Position numbers and translations under genes: made by a program. DNA of 64,000 nucleotides from Ignavibacteriales bacterium (lineage in GTDB: Bacteria; Bacteroidota; Ignavibacteria; Ignavibacteriales; DAOSCP01), in the NCBI GenBank assembly GCA_035379625.1, contig DAOSVM010000005.1:29833-93832 (forward strand). Direction: 5' to 3'. A model generated the notes under the pieces. It made no database searches. It worked only from the letters and a program-made list of their open reading frames with translations, and was not told where the DNA came from. Below, piece by piece: positions 1 to 10,260 of the stretch. The first letter of the stretch is position 1. Every line of letters begins with the position of its first letter.

Positions 1-1
1 T

Positions 2-103
<102 letters not shown>

Positions 104-127
104 TGTACGAATGATACATTATTAAAT

Positions 128-166
128 AAAGCAAGCGAGCATAAGCAAGCTTGCTTTATTTTTATT
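128..166 (+). terminator. rho-independent terminator after serS
   Basis: Stem aaagcaagc (128-136) / gcttgcttt (149-157), followed by T-rich atttttatt. Confidence 0.6.
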
Positions 167-168
167 CA

Positions 169-684
169 TTAGCTCAGACAGTGTAAGTTTATGCCTCTTG
201 CAGCTTGATGAAAGCTGCAAGAGGCCAGCGGGCCGGTAAGGGCTCGCTAAAATTTTTCTAATAGCTCATTTACAAGGGGGAATAAAATCCTATTGACAGC
301 GTTGTTGGAGAGCAAAGGTTGTAAATTATGGTATATCATAATTACAAATATATAGATTATACAATTATATTGTAAAAACAAATATATTTTCAAAAATTTA
401 ATTATATCGTTAATACAAATATATTGTAAATACAAATATATTTTGTATAATTGCCATTATATCGTAATTACAATTATATCGAAGATACGAATATATTATA
501 TGAATTTTAAAATTTTCAACCTACATATAAAACTTACTTCAATAATTATTTGTATAAAAATATAAATGTTGTAAGTGGTAGATAATATGGTAGATAAAGG
601 GGGATAATTAGAATAATTTTTGGGCTTTAGCCCGCCCGTGCGCCTTCGTGCGCACGGGCTTTATGCTTATACCGTCTGAGCTAA
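169..684 (-). mobile_element. MITE-like ORF-less element, copy A (516 bp; inverted relative to B-D)
   Basis: TIRs are ttagctcagacagtgtaag (169-) and gcttataccgtctgagctaa (665-684). A perfect 14-bp hairpin lies at 193-206/212-225. A 10-bp hairpin gcccgtgcgc/gcgcacgggc lies at 634-643/650-659, with a mini-hairpin gggc/gccc at 622-625/630-633. The AT-rich core holds 7 phased 13-mers. The right end is the reverse complement of the left end of copy B. Confidence 0.75.
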
Positions 685-716
685 GGAAAAGATTCTTTTT
701 AGTGGAGCTCTTATTT

Positions 717-2024
717 TTAAAAAAGTATATTGAATTTATCGTTGTTAAATATTGGAATTATATTGTTATTAGAGTTGTATTTTTGTAATATTATACTTCC
801 GGGGATAGTAGCAACATTTATTAAAGGTATATTAGCATTATATTTCGAGTTTATGGCCTTTATGATTTCATTTGCTATAATTGCTTGTCCTTGGCTGGTA
901 GGATGTACGCCATCAAGACTAAATAAGTTTCCAGTTAGATATTTTGTAGAAAATCTTACACCATTGAATAATACTCCGTTTGTGGATGTTGCAATATTGT
1001 TTAAAACTGAGTTTATATCTACGAGTGTGAAGCCCTTGGCAGATGCTAATGTAGCAATTGTTGAATTATATTGAGCTATGATATTTTTAGCTGTTGCCAC
1101 TTCTGCGCTATCAAGAACATATTTATCAGGTAGTGGATTAGATGGTGAGAGACCTTTTCCTGCAGCTATTTCACTTTTAGAAGTTAAGGTAAGAAAATCT
1201 TTACCAAGTTTTAATTGTTTGGTAGTACCGCCTACAATGCCGTATAAATTAATTAAAGAACCATCAGCTGGATTTTGGACCACTGGTGGAACTGTTGTGA
1301 AAAATGGAATTGATAAAACATCTGGTATATTTAACACCACAACTTGAGCATTTAAGGAGGCAATACTATCAACTAACTGAGAATATAAAAATTGGAAGTT
1401 AGCAACAGGAGTGTAAGGTACTGTTCCGCCTGATGTAGCATATCCTAAAATATCATTATTACCGATCCATAAAATAACAAAAGTTGGTTTTAATGATTTG
1501 GCTTGAGAAAATTGAGAACCTTTGCCTCTTAAAATCAGATCGAACATCGGATTTGGTGATCCACCATAGATAGCAGCATAACAATTAGAAGAAGATGTAG
1601 CATTTATAATATCGTATAAAGTTGCACCAGGAATGCCTAAGTTGTTGTAAGCTTTTGGGTAATTAGAATTTAATGGAGACCCTGAAGCAGTATTATAAAC
1701 AATTTCAGCTGTACCTTTATTTAAATCAACGGATTTAACTTCCATTCTATTGCCTGTTCCGGGGTCTGAAATATAAGGTATTTCATAAGTAGTACCAACC
1801 TGTTTGGCAATTAATGCGCCATATGAATATTTTTGAGCAGATTCAAATAAAGTGCCTGATTGATAACCAGCTGTTAAACTATTTCCTATTGTTACAAAGG
1901 TTGTAAAATTAGCTGATCCATTTTCTACGATAGGGGCAGAAAGATTTGATCTATCTTCACAAGATGTAAGTAAAAAGGAAATTATAAATAGTTTAAGATA
2001 TATTAAAATTTTTATTTTTTTCAT
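717..2024 (-). CDS. SGNH/GDSL-family hydrolase lipoprotein
   Basis: Lipoprotein signal (...FLLTSC). SGNH blocks are GNSLTAG (block I), WIGNNDILG (block III) and DGVHPTSQG (block V, DxxH). It lies next to a FadL-family gene. Confidence 0.8.
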   Translation of the reverse strand: MKKIKILIYLKLFIISFLLTSCEDRSNLSAPIVENGSANFTTFVTIGNSLTAGYQSGTLFESAQKYSYGALIAKQVGTTYEIPYISDPGTGNRMEVKSVDLNKGTAEIVYNTASGSPLNSNYPKAYNNLGIPGATLYDIINATSSSNCYAAIYGGSPNPMFDLILRGKGSQFSQAKSLKPTFVILWIGNNDILGYATSGGTVPYTPVANFQFLYSQLVDSIASLNAQVVVLNIPDVLSIPFFTTVPPVVQNPADGSLINLYGIVGGTTKQLKLGKDFLTLTSKSEIAAGKGLSPSNPLPDKYVLDSAEVATAKNIIAQYNSTIATLASAKGFTLVDINSVLNNIATSTNGVLFNGVRFSTKYLTGNLFSLDGVHPTSQGQAIIANEIIKAINSKYNANIPLINVATIPGSIILQKYNSNNNIIPIFNNDKFNILF

Positions 2025-2037
2025 GTTTCACCTACTA

Positions 2038-3270
2038 TTAAAACGAATAATTTAATGTTAGACTAAATAAATGAGCATAGCTGTTATAGACGCCATTGAA
2101 AGGAGCGATTGCTCCAGCAATACCTGAATAGTTGATTTCAGAATTTGTTATTTTTCTTTCTTCCATTCTCAAGAAAAGATATGATAAATCTAATTGAATA
2201 TTCTCATTAAATTTGTAACCAAAACCTGCACTATATCCCATTCTATTTGCATCTGGTAATGTAGGATCGAGATGTTCATCTTTTACAGGGGATTTATCAT
2301 AATATATTCCAGCATAGAGATTCAAAATGTCATTTACATTATAATCAAGACCGAATCTAATTATATATGAATTATTGTAACCACGATAGGATTTGGATTC
2401 TAAGTTACTTTCATTAAATTTGATATTTAAACTGTCGTAAGAAGACCATCCAACATATTGATAGTCGCAACTTAATAATAAGTTGTCAAATTTGTAAGCA
2501 ACACCTACAGAAAGATTTACAGGAGTAGTCAATTTTGCTGATGTTTTTCCGGAAGGTAATTTTCCAGCTAATTGAGCAGGAGCGACCTTTGATGTAGTGC
2601 CAGAAAATTCATATTTTACTTTACTTCTGTATCCTAAACCGAAGCTTAAATTATCAGTCGGTTTATAAAGAATACCAAATGCGTAACCGAGTGATTGATC
2701 ATCACCAGTAATTTTAACTTGTCCGTCTGTTGTAGAAAATGGGGCAAGATTGACATTTTTTCTAATTAAAACATCAGCATAGTTGTAATTTATACCAGCT
2801 GATAAAGAGAGATTATCAAAAATTTTATATGCAACAACTGGTTGTAAAGAAAATACTCTGATTTCAATTTCAGTAGTGATATATCTGCCAATCCAATTGT
2901 CATCCCATTTAGTACCAAGACCAAAAGGATTGCCTAAACCTATACCAAAAGAAAGATTATCATCGTATTTATAAGTAAATTGACCGATAATTGGTGTGAA
3001 AATTTGGTCTTTGAGTTTATATTCAGTGATATTAGGAGAAACACCACGAAAAGTTGAGCCAAGGGTGATAATATTTGACCCAATTGATAATTGTGTACCG
3101 TTAAGTTGTGTTATGCCTGCAGGATTGAAAAAAATTGCTGTTGGAGTATTAGCAACAGCTGTAAATGCTCCACCCATTCCCATAGCTTTAGCTCCGAATT
3201 CATTCAATTGGAAGCCACTTGCGAATAATGATGAAGCGATAAACAAAAAAACAAGAAATTTTTGTTTCAT
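2038..3270 (-). CDS. outer-membrane transport protein, OMPP1/FadL/TodX family
   Basis: Signal peptide, then GFQLNEFGAKAMGMGGAFTAVANTPTAIFFNPAGIT, typical of the FadL family. Beta-strand-rich, with a C-terminal aromatic residue (F). Confidence 0.85.
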   Translation of the reverse strand: MKQKFLVFLFIASSLFASGFQLNEFGAKAMGMGGAFTAVANTPTAIFFNPAGITQLNGTQLSIGSNIITLGSTFRGVSPNITEYKLKDQIFTPIIGQFTYKYDDNLSFGIGLGNPFGLGTKWDDNWIGRYITTEIEIRVFSLQPVVAYKIFDNLSLSAGINYNYADVLIRKNVNLAPFSTTDGQVKITGDDQSLGYAFGILYKPTDNLSFGLGYRSKVKYEFSGTTSKVAPAQLAGKLPSGKTSAKLTTPVNLSVGVAYKFDNLLLSCDYQYVGWSSYDSLNIKFNESNLESKSYRGYNNSYIIRFGLDYNVNDILNLYAGIYYDKSPVKDEHLDPTLPDANRMGYSAGFGYKFNENIQLDLSYLFLRMEERKITNSEINYSGIAGAIAPFNGVYNSYAHLFSLTLNYSF

Positions 3271-3376
3271 TACTTCTCCTTAATAAATAATTAGTTTTGA
3301 CATACAAAAATAACTAATATGAAGCAGAAAGTTTAATTAAGTATTCATTAAGGAGAAGTCTAAAATGAATGGTTAT

Positions 3377-4048
3377 TTAATTATTGTTTTTTAATTTATT
3401 TATTTTATCCCTTAAAATAGCAGCGCGTTCGTAATCTTCTTTTTCGAGAGCTTCTCGTAATTGTATTTCAAGAAATGAGATATCATCAGACGAATTTGAT
3501 GATAGTTCTAAATCATTATCATTTTTAGAAATTTTCCTTAAAAACGGTTCATCCTCATCTTCATCATCATTTTGTTGAATTCTATCTTCATCATAATCAT
3601 CATTATTTAATGAGTTAGCTTGAGGAAATTGGGTATTTTCAGGTGGTTCAAATGCAACTTTATCCATTACATCATCGTATATGTATATAGGGGAACCAGT
3701 TCGTAGGGCAAGAGCAATTGCATCACTTGGGCGAGCATCGATTTCAATACGTAAACCAGATTGTTCAATTATAATGTTAGCAAAAAAGGTATTATCTCTC
3801 AAATCAACTATATTAACTTCTATAACTTCACCACCCAATGTTGTGATCACGTTTTTTAATAAATCGTGGGTTAAAGGTCTCGGTACGTTATAACCTTCAA
3901 GTTCCAACGCAATAGCATGTGCTTCAGCACCACCAATAATAATTGGTATTCTTTTATTTGAATTAATAGCTTTTAAAATAAGTGCATAACCGCCGCTGCT
4001 TGTAGATGTTGTAGATAATCCAAAAACAACTACTTCTGTTTTATCCAT
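3377..4048 (-). CDS. bifunctional nuclease family protein (DUF151) with C-terminal UVR motif
   Basis: The N-terminal region (PIIIGGAEAHAIALEL...RPLTHDL...ARPSDAIALALR) matches the BFN/DUF151 pattern. An acidic linker follows, then a UvrB/C-type motif EKEDYERAAILRDKINKL. Confidence 0.8.
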   Translation of the reverse strand: MDKTEVVVFGLSTTSTSSGGYALILKAINSNKRIPIIIGGAEAHAIALELEGYNVPRPLTHDLLKNVITTLGGEVIEVNIVDLRDNTFFANIIIEQSGLRIEIDARPSDAIALALRTGSPIYIYDDVMDKVAFEPPENTQFPQANSLNNDDYDEDRIQQNDDEDEDEPFLRKISKNDNDLELSSNSSDDISFLEIQLREALEKEDYERAAILRDKINKLKNNN

Positions 4049-4214
4049 TTCAAAATCTCCAATTTAAATTATAAGTATAATGAAAAAAAATGTTTTTACA
4101 AAATTATATTGTATAAAATTAATTTGTCTTATGATAATAATTTTATTAAACTATTAACAAAAATTTTCGAAAATAAATAAATTAGGTAAATTTAATCCAA
4201 CAACACATGGAGGT

Positions 4215-7200
4215 GTGATGACTAAATTCTTCAAATTGTTGACAATTCTGATGGTATTATTTATTAATGTTTCACTTTTTGCACAGGGTGCTTATGAAAT
4301 TACAGGAAGTGAAACGTGGTCAACAAATAAGCAATTTAATGTACCTGTTATTGTTAAATCAGGTGGAAAATTGACCATAGAAGCAGGAGTTACAATAGAG
4401 GTTTTTTATGCTGATGCTAATGCTGATAGCATAGGAGATTTCAAATTACAAGTTGAAGATGGTGGGAAATTGATTATTAATGGTACACTATCAAGCCCAG
4501 TAGTATTTCAACCTAAAGAGATATATCCAGTTAATAACCATTGGCAGGGTATAATTTTAAATTCTACTAACACTAACTACAGAGACACAATTAAATTTGT
4601 TACAATTAAGAATGCCTATGTTGGTTTAGATGTTTCTAGAGATTTATATGCAATTGGTGTTAAGGTACAAAATTCGTACAATACTGGTGTAAAAATAAAT
4701 AATTTTAACAGCCTGTCATCTTCATTCTATCATGGAATAAAAATTGATACTGTTTATAATTCTGGTACTGGTATATCAATTGCAAAAGAAGGAATAACCA
4801 TTAATAATGCATATGTACAAAAAGCAACTGGTGTAGGTATTGAACTTAAGGCCGGTTCTTTAACAATTAATAATTCTAAAGTGTTAACATCTGGTACTGG
4901 TATCTATAATAATGTAGCTAATACATTTGCAAATTTGAATACAGTTCAAGAGTCTTACATTTATAAAAATACTAAATCGGGTGTATTTAATAAAGGTGGA
5001 TACATAAAAATTTATAAAGATTCTATAGCAAGCAATACATTCCATGGTATTTTAACAAATGGTGGAAAACTATTGGTAGAGTTAAGTACAATTCACAAAA
5101 ATTCAAGCAGGGGTGTTTTAGTAGGTGGTGCTTCAGAAGTTAATTTTATTACTTCTACTGTTGATAGTAATAGTTCTTATGGTTTTGATATTTGTGAAGT
5201 TAATTTGGCTACTGATCAGTTATATTCTACTATTACAGGAACAAGCGTTGGGGCGCCTAAAATAATTGCAAACTTAAATAATATTAAAAGCAATAATGGT
5301 GGCAATACTCAGGTCCAGGTAAAGAGTAGAAGAACTACTCCTGTGAGTCCATCAAACCCACAAGATGATTTTACTCAAAATTATTGGTATTTAACAGAAA
5401 CCTTAGATGGTTTATTTAGCATGGATTTAAGTGGAACAGTTAACTATTGGAATTGGAAAACTTCTTCGTCACCCACTTCAAACTCTAAATTCCCAACTAG
5501 TACAGTAACTAACCCTACAACAATGTTAGCATTACTGAATACATCAGGTAATGGTTCCGGTACAATTGATGGTTTAGGTACAACAACATCAAACCCAACA
5601 TTCACATCAACTATTTCAGCAAGAGGTGGATATACTTTAAGATGGAATTCGGCAAAGCATTATCCATTTGTAAGAATTAAAATTGATACAACTGGCACCA
5701 CAGATGTAGGTACTTCGGATGCTAATTATACAAGTACACGAAGTATACTTTATGTTCCGAATAATGGATCCTATGAAATTCAAGTCTATAGAGATCCATA
5801 CCCTACTACTTCAGGTGCGTTATGGGATGATAATTATATGAGATTTACTGTTACTTTATATGATTATGATGGAAATGCGTCTACTTATGTTTATTATGGA
5901 TACCAAGATTTTGTCAATTATAATGCGAATAGAGGTAAAGTAATTTCTGTGAATGGAGTATCTACTGGTAATGCACAAACAATTTATAGTGGGAAACCAA
6001 TAAAAATTAAATGGACTGTAATTGACTCAGCCGGTACAAATGTAAATATTTATTACAAAAGAAGAAATATGGATCTTAGAGCGGCAAATTCATTAACAAT
6101 TGGAAATGCTAATTGTGCTGTTGACTTAATAGCTTCCAATGTTAATACAAAAGAAGTAAATGGTGAATATTTATGGACACCTCCAACTGATACTTTAACT
6201 ACAGGTATTAATAATGCAGTTGGTAAAATAGTAATTGTAAGAAATTTTGGTACGACGCCTACGACAGTAAGTGGAGCTAATATTGTAGATACTGCAAATA
6301 CCGCTTCAATTACTCTTGAGCCAGCACCTTATGCAGATTGGTTATATACAGACTCAACAAGTGTATCGCAAACAATAATAATAAAAGATGCTGTATTTAA
6401 CTTGAATGCTGCACCTGGCAACGGCACTATACGTTATAATGGTGATCTTTTAGGTCCAGGTCCATATTATTATAGAGTTCAAGTTGGAGACTATATCGGG
6501 GCATTCTATAATGGTGGACAAAATTGTGCAGGTTTTGTTAAAGTAACTACCGTTCCCGATGGTACTTTGACAAATGCAATATCATTAAAAGTTTGGGGTG
6601 ATGATCCAAATACTTCAGTTACAGATGGTGCTTCTGCTGGTGAGCAATTAACATTTAAAGTTTGGAGACCAAGATGGTTCAGAACAACCTCAGTTGTTGA
6701 GAAAAATGCTGAATATGATATAAACGGCAAAATAATTCCTGTTGATAGTGTTGTCTATCCATACAAGAATAATGCAGTAACTGGTATAGTATTTCAAAAT
6801 AATTCAGCTATTATATTAGATTCCTTGAGATATCTACGTGGTTCAAGCTCAGCCTCAACTGAAGGTACAGGTTCACAAACTGTTGCTTTAAGTAGTGGTT
6901 GGAATTTGGTATCATCATATATTGATGTTGCTGGTTTAACAGTTGAATTTGATAGACAATTTAGAATTGGTTCCAATAAAGCGACTGGTGTTTTAGATAC
7001 ATTAGGAGAAGTATGTGAATTAGTTAAAGACCCTGCTGCTAATATTTTATGGCCAGCTCAAAATGTGAATCAACTTGGTACTTGGGTAAATACAAGTTCA
7101 TACTACATTAAATTAACAGCAGCAGCAAACTTAATTTTCCCAAGAACAGGTAATGGAAATATTTTATCTCCTCAAAATACAGGTATAACTTTACAACCAG

Positions 7201-8090
7201 GTGTATGGAATCAAGTTGCATATTTAAGAAAAACAAATATGAATATATCTGATGCTTTAGTTAATATATTAGATAAGATTGAACTTGTAAAAGATGGTGC
7301 TGGAAATGTTTACTGGCCACTTTATGGAATTAACAATATTGGCCAAATGCAACCAGGACAAGGTTACTTAATAAAGACTAAATCAGGTATTTCGCAAGTT
7401 TCATTATTCTATCCTGCAAATACATTGTTACCAAAGAAACAACAAAATGTAGAAATTCCAAAACCTGAAAAATATGTTGTTAACTTTAATAGTGATAACA
7501 ATGCTACAGTAGCAATACCTGAAAACGTTATTTCTAAATATGCTAAAGAAGGTGATGAAGTAGGTATATTTAATAATGAAGGTAAATTGGTTGGTTCTGC
7601 TGTTTATACAAACGGAACAGTTGTTGTAACTGCTTGGGGTAAAGAAACTGGAAATGAAAAAGCTGAAGGTTTAGCAAATGGTGATAAATTCTCAATTAGA
7701 TTATTCAAGAAAGATGCTAACAAAGAGTTTGTATTGAAAACAACAAGCAGTGATAAAGTTTATACTCCTAACGGTGTTTATGTGATAGAAAATGTTAAAG
7801 GTGTTGAAGAATTCAGACCATTACCAAATAAATTTGATATTAGTCAAAATTATCCTAATCCATTCAACCCAACAACAACTATAAAATTTGCTCTTCCTGT
7901 TGATGCAAAAGTTGTAATAAATGTTTACAACGTTGTTGGTCAAAAAGTTGCTGAATTGGCTAATGGTGAATTTGAAGCTGGTTATCATACAGTTCAATTC
8001 AATGCTGCTGGCTTATCAAGTGGAATTTACTTCTACAAGATAGAAGCAGGGAAATTCACTGCTGTTAAGAAAATGATGTTAATTAAATAA
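4215..8090 (+). CDS. large secreted T9SS cargo protein with parallel beta-helix repeats
   Basis: Signal peptide. The N-terminal third has repeated G-rich beta-helix-like units (NSYNTGVKINN, NSGTGISIA, ATGVGIEL, TSGTGIYNN). The C-terminus NYPNPFNPTTTIKFALP...GIYFYKIEAGKFTAVKKMMLIK is a T9SS sorting domain. The start could be GTG 4215 or ATG 4218, after GGAGG. Confidence 0.85.
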   Translation: MMTKFFKLLTILMVLFINVSLFAQGAYEITGSETWSTNKQFNVPVIVKSGGKLTIEAGVTIEVFYADANADSIGDFKLQVEDGGKLIINGTLSSPVVFQPKEIYPVNNHWQGIILNSTNTNYRDTIKFVTIKNAYVGLDVSRDLYAIGVKVQNSYNTGVKINNFNSLSSSFYHGIKIDTVYNSGTGISIAKEGITINNAYVQKATGVGIELKAGSLTINNSKVLTSGTGIYNNVANTFANLNTVQESYIYKNTKSGVFNKGGYIKIYKDSIASNTFHGILTNGGKLLVELSTIHKNSSRGVLVGGASEVNFITSTVDSNSSYGFDICEVNLATDQLYSTITGTSVGAPKIIANLNNIKSNNGGNTQVQVKSRRTTPVSPSNPQDDFTQNYWYLTETLDGLFSMDLSGTVNYWNWKTSSSPTSNSKFPTSTVTNPTTMLALLNTSGNGSGTIDGLGTTTSNPTFTSTISARGGYTLRWNSAKHYPFVRIKIDTTGTTDVGTSDANYTSTRSILYVPNNGSYEIQVYRDPYPTTSGALWDDNYMRFTVTLYDYDGNASTYVYYGYQDFVNYNANRGKVISVNGVSTGNAQTIYSGKPIKIKWTVIDSAGTNVNIYYKRRNMDLRAANSLTIGNANCAVDLIASNVNTKEVNGEYLWTPPTDTLTTGINNAVGKIVIVRNFGTTPTTVSGANIVDTANTASITLEPAPYADWLYTDSTSVSQTIIIKDAVFNLNAAPGNGTIRYNGDLLGPGPYYYRVQVGDYIGAFYNGGQNCAGFVKVTTVPDGTLTNAISLKVWGDDPNTSVTDGASAGEQLTFKVWRPRWFRTTSVVEKNAEYDINGKIIPVDSVVYPYKNNAVTGIVFQNNSAIILDSLRYLRGSSSASTEGTGSQTVALSSGWNLVSSYIDVAGLTVEFDRQFRIGSNKATGVLDTLGEVCELVKDPAANILWPAQNVNQLGTWVNTSSYYIKLTAAANLIFPRTGNGNILSPQNTGITLQPGVWNQVAYLRKTNMNISDALVNILDKIELVKDGAGNVYWPLYGINNIGQMQPGQGYLIKTKSGISQVSLFYPANTLLPKKQQNVEIPKPEKYVVNFNSDNNATVAIPENVISKYAKEGDEVGIFNNEGKLVGSAVYTNGTVVVTAWGKETGNEKAEGLANGDKFSIRLFKKDANKEFVLKTTSSDKVYTPNGVYVIENVKGVEEFRPLPNKFDISQNYPNPFNPTTTIKFALPVDAKVVINVYNVVGQKVAELANGEFEAGYHTVQFNAAGLSSGIYFYKIEAGKFTAVKKMMLIK

Positions 8091-8102
8091 TGTTTTTTTC
8101 TG

Positions 8103-8133
8103 AAAAAAAGGGCTCTTTAAGAGCCCTTTTTTT
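8103..8133 (+). terminator. rho-independent terminator
   Basis: aaaaaaagggctc-tttaa-gagcccttttttt. Confidence 0.8.
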
Positions 8134-8179
8134 ATATTGGTATTATTTTTGATATATATTAAAAAAAACTTTGTGAACT

Positions 8180-8974
8180 ATGAAAAAAATTAAATATTTA
8201 ATATTTTTAATAGCGTTTCTTATTGGTTGTAAAAATCCTGTAAGTTCAAATACAGGAAAAATTTCAGGTAAAGTAACAGAAAACGGGATAGGAATTAGTA
8301 ATATTTTTGTAAAGACAGTACCTTCTACACAATCGGTACGAACAGATGCAGATGGGTATTATTTAATAACTAATGTTCCAGAAGGAGAATATAGAGTTGT
8401 TGCTTTTAGAACTTATTATGATTCATCGTCTGTAAAAGTCTATGTTAGAAGTGGGACACGTGTTGTTGCTGATATTGAAATTAACCAATTTGGATCAATA
8501 TCAGGAACAATAAAAGATTCTAAAACTCAGTTACCATTACAAGATGCTATGATTGTAACTAATCCTAATATAGGGTCAGCATTTACTGATAAAGATGGTA
8601 AGTTTATAATTAATAACGTACCATCTGGTAATTATGAAATTACAGTTAGCAAGTTAGGTTATGACTCACAAAAAGATAATATTATTGTAAGTAGTAAAAA
8701 AACAACTTTAGTAAACTGGTCATTAGTTCCTTCTTATGGTACAATTAAAGGGATAGTAACCGATTCAAGTAAAGCATTGTATAATGTAAATATTACAACA
8801 AATCCATCAACAAGTTCTGTTACAACGGATACAAAAGGAATATTTTATATTAGAAATGTTGCAGCTGGTGAATATACATTAACAGCTAGTAAAATAGGTT
8901 TCACTAATGCAACAATTAAAATTAAAGTTTTAGCTGGTGATACTACTTTTGCGAATATAATTATGAAGAAATAA
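8180..8974 (+). CDS. lipoprotein with three carboxypeptidase-regulatory-like (CarboxypepD_reg) repeats
   Basis: Lipobox LIGC. The pattern G.V.....G..N..V.T.P...S..TD..G.Y.I.NVP.G.Y.V...K.GY occurs three times. Confidence 0.75.
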   Translation: MKKIKYLIFLIAFLIGCKNPVSSNTGKISGKVTENGIGISNIFVKTVPSTQSVRTDADGYYLITNVPEGEYRVVAFRTYYDSSSVKVYVRSGTRVVADIEINQFGSISGTIKDSKTQLPLQDAMIVTNPNIGSAFTDKDGKFIINNVPSGNYEITVSKLGYDSQKDNIIVSSKKTTLVNWSLVPSYGTIKGIVTDSSKALYNVNITTNPSTSSVTTDTKGIFYIRNVAAGEYTLTASKIGFTNATIKIKVLAGDTTFANIIMKK

Positions 8975-8976
8975 TT

Positions 8977-10260
8977 ATGAAGTTTTTAATCAAATTATTT
9001 GTTTTAATATTAATTTTTTTATCTATATGTCTTGCACAAAAACCATATATTAAAAATTATAATAAAGGAATGGATTTTTTTAATAAAGGTGAATATGATA
9101 AAGCTATACAATGGTTTGAAAAATCTATAAAAGCAAAAAATGATTGGGATACAGTTTATGTAAGTTTAGGATTATGTTATTTTAATAAAGAAGATTATTC
9201 AGCAGCTTTACAAAATTTTGATAAAGCTATTTCCTTAAATAAAAATAACTCTTCTGCATATTACAATTCTGCCAAAGCTTACTCAAAAATAGGAAAAGAT
9301 AACGATGCATTAAAGTCATATAAGGCCGCATATGATATTGATACTTTAAATTTAGATGCTTTAGCACAAGTAGGTTTATTAAGTTATAAATTAAAAGATT
9401 ACAATCAATCACTTTGGGCATATAAAAAACTTGCTAAAGTTAAAACTGCTGATGGTCCTATCTTCTATAATTTGGGGAATGCATATTTTAATTTAGAAGA
9501 TTATGATAATGCAATAGTTGCATATAATACAGCAATTAAAAAAAATAAAAAAAATGCTGATTATTATTATGCCATTGGAATGGCTTATTTAAAGAATGCA
9601 AATTATCCAAAAGCTAAGGCCAATTTTCTAATAGCTTATCGATTAAATCCGAGAAAATATTATAATTTATTTGATATTATTGATTATTCAGGTATTCAGT
9701 TTGAATTTTTGAGAACTAATTTCTTCGGTGATGAACTTATTTCGAAAACTTCAAATGGTATTAGAATAGGTATAAATTTACAAACTGTTGAAATTAAAAC
9801 TAATTTATTGAATAAAATTACAGGTTTACCTATTTGGTCTAAAAATATAAATCCTTTATCATATGGTGCAATTGTTTCATATTTTTATAATCCTTTATCA
9901 TTAGATTTTAGTTTTAATAGTTTAACATATGATTTGAATGATGCTAAAATTTATTTCCCATTGCCTCCATATAATCCCAATGGGAGTTTCCCTAAGACTT
10001 TAAAAATTAATAATTATGAAATTTTTATAAATTATAGCCCTTTTGTTTTTTGGGGGAAATTTTATAATGACTATTCAGTAGGTTATAATGCAACTACTAT
10101 TGATTACAATAATGACAAGTATCAATATAGATCTTTAGTTTTATCTACTGGAATTAATTTTAAATACAATAAAATATGGGCAGGAGTAAAGTATAATTAT
10201 TATACAAATAAAGATTTAAATACTAAGCTACAATTTAATGTTGGATTGTGGATATGGTAA
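8977..10260 (+). CDS. TPR-repeat protein with a C-terminal beta-rich (possible outer-membrane barrel) region
   Basis: Signal peptide. Several 34-aa TPR-like units (YNKGMDFFNKGEYDKAIQWFEKSIK, YFNKEDYSAALQNFDKAISL, and others). The C-terminal ~200 aa has an alternating hydrophobic pattern and ends in ...GLWIW. A 3-bp gap to the upstream gene suggests coupling. Confidence 0.7.
   Translation: MKFLIKLFVLILIFLSICLAQKPYIKNYNKGMDFFNKGEYDKAIQWFEKSIKAKNDWDTVYVSLGLCYFNKEDYSAALQNFDKAISLNKNNSSAYYNSAKAYSKIGKDNDALKSYKAAYDIDTLNLDALAQVGLLSYKLKDYNQSLWAYKKLAKVKTADGPIFYNLGNAYFNLEDYDNAIVAYNTAIKKNKKNADYYYAIGMAYLKNANYPKAKANFLIAYRLNPRKYYNLFDIIDYSGIQFEFLRTNFFGDELISKTSNGIRIGINLQTVEIKTNLLNKITGLPIWSKNINPLSYGAIVSYFYNPLSLDFSFNSLTYDLNDAKIYFPLPPYNPNGSFPKTLKINNYEIFINYSPFVFWGKFYNDYSVGYNATTIDYNNDKYQYRSLVLSTGINFKYNKIWAGVKYNYYTNKDLNTKLQFNVGLWIW

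Noticed and set aside
169-190. The TIR start TAGCTCAG-ACGG-T resembles a tRNA D-arm (TAGCTCAGTTGGTAGAGC), which suggested a tRNA or tRNA-derived element.
   Set aside because: No cloverleaf can be drawn. The adjacent hairpins have 4-6 nt loops rather than 7-nt anticodon or T loops, and there is no acceptor stem. The similarity is limited to about 12 nt and may be coincidental.
247-435. 62-aa ORF (minus strand) inside element A.
   Set aside because: It is a low-complexity Ile/Tyr/Asn/Phe-rich translation of the AT-rich repeat core. It has no RBS, and no equivalent ORF exists in copies B-D. It is spurious.
343-499. Possible CRISPR array, considered because of the regularly spaced short repeats in the element cores.
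   Set aside because: The period is only 17 bp and the repeat 13 nt. There are no unique 25-40 bp spacers, the repeats occur in both orientations, and no cas genes lie in the window.
730-1347. Antisense or shadow ORFs in the track, for example 730-1074, 1078-1347, 2996-3283, 18395-18715, 20890-21246, 22872-23171, 27569-27994, 33086-33618, 45844-46191, 55154-55429 and 40219-40452.
   Set aside because: Each lies entirely within, and opposite to or out of frame with, a longer ORF that has strong family signatures. Their translations are low-complexity and have no motifs.
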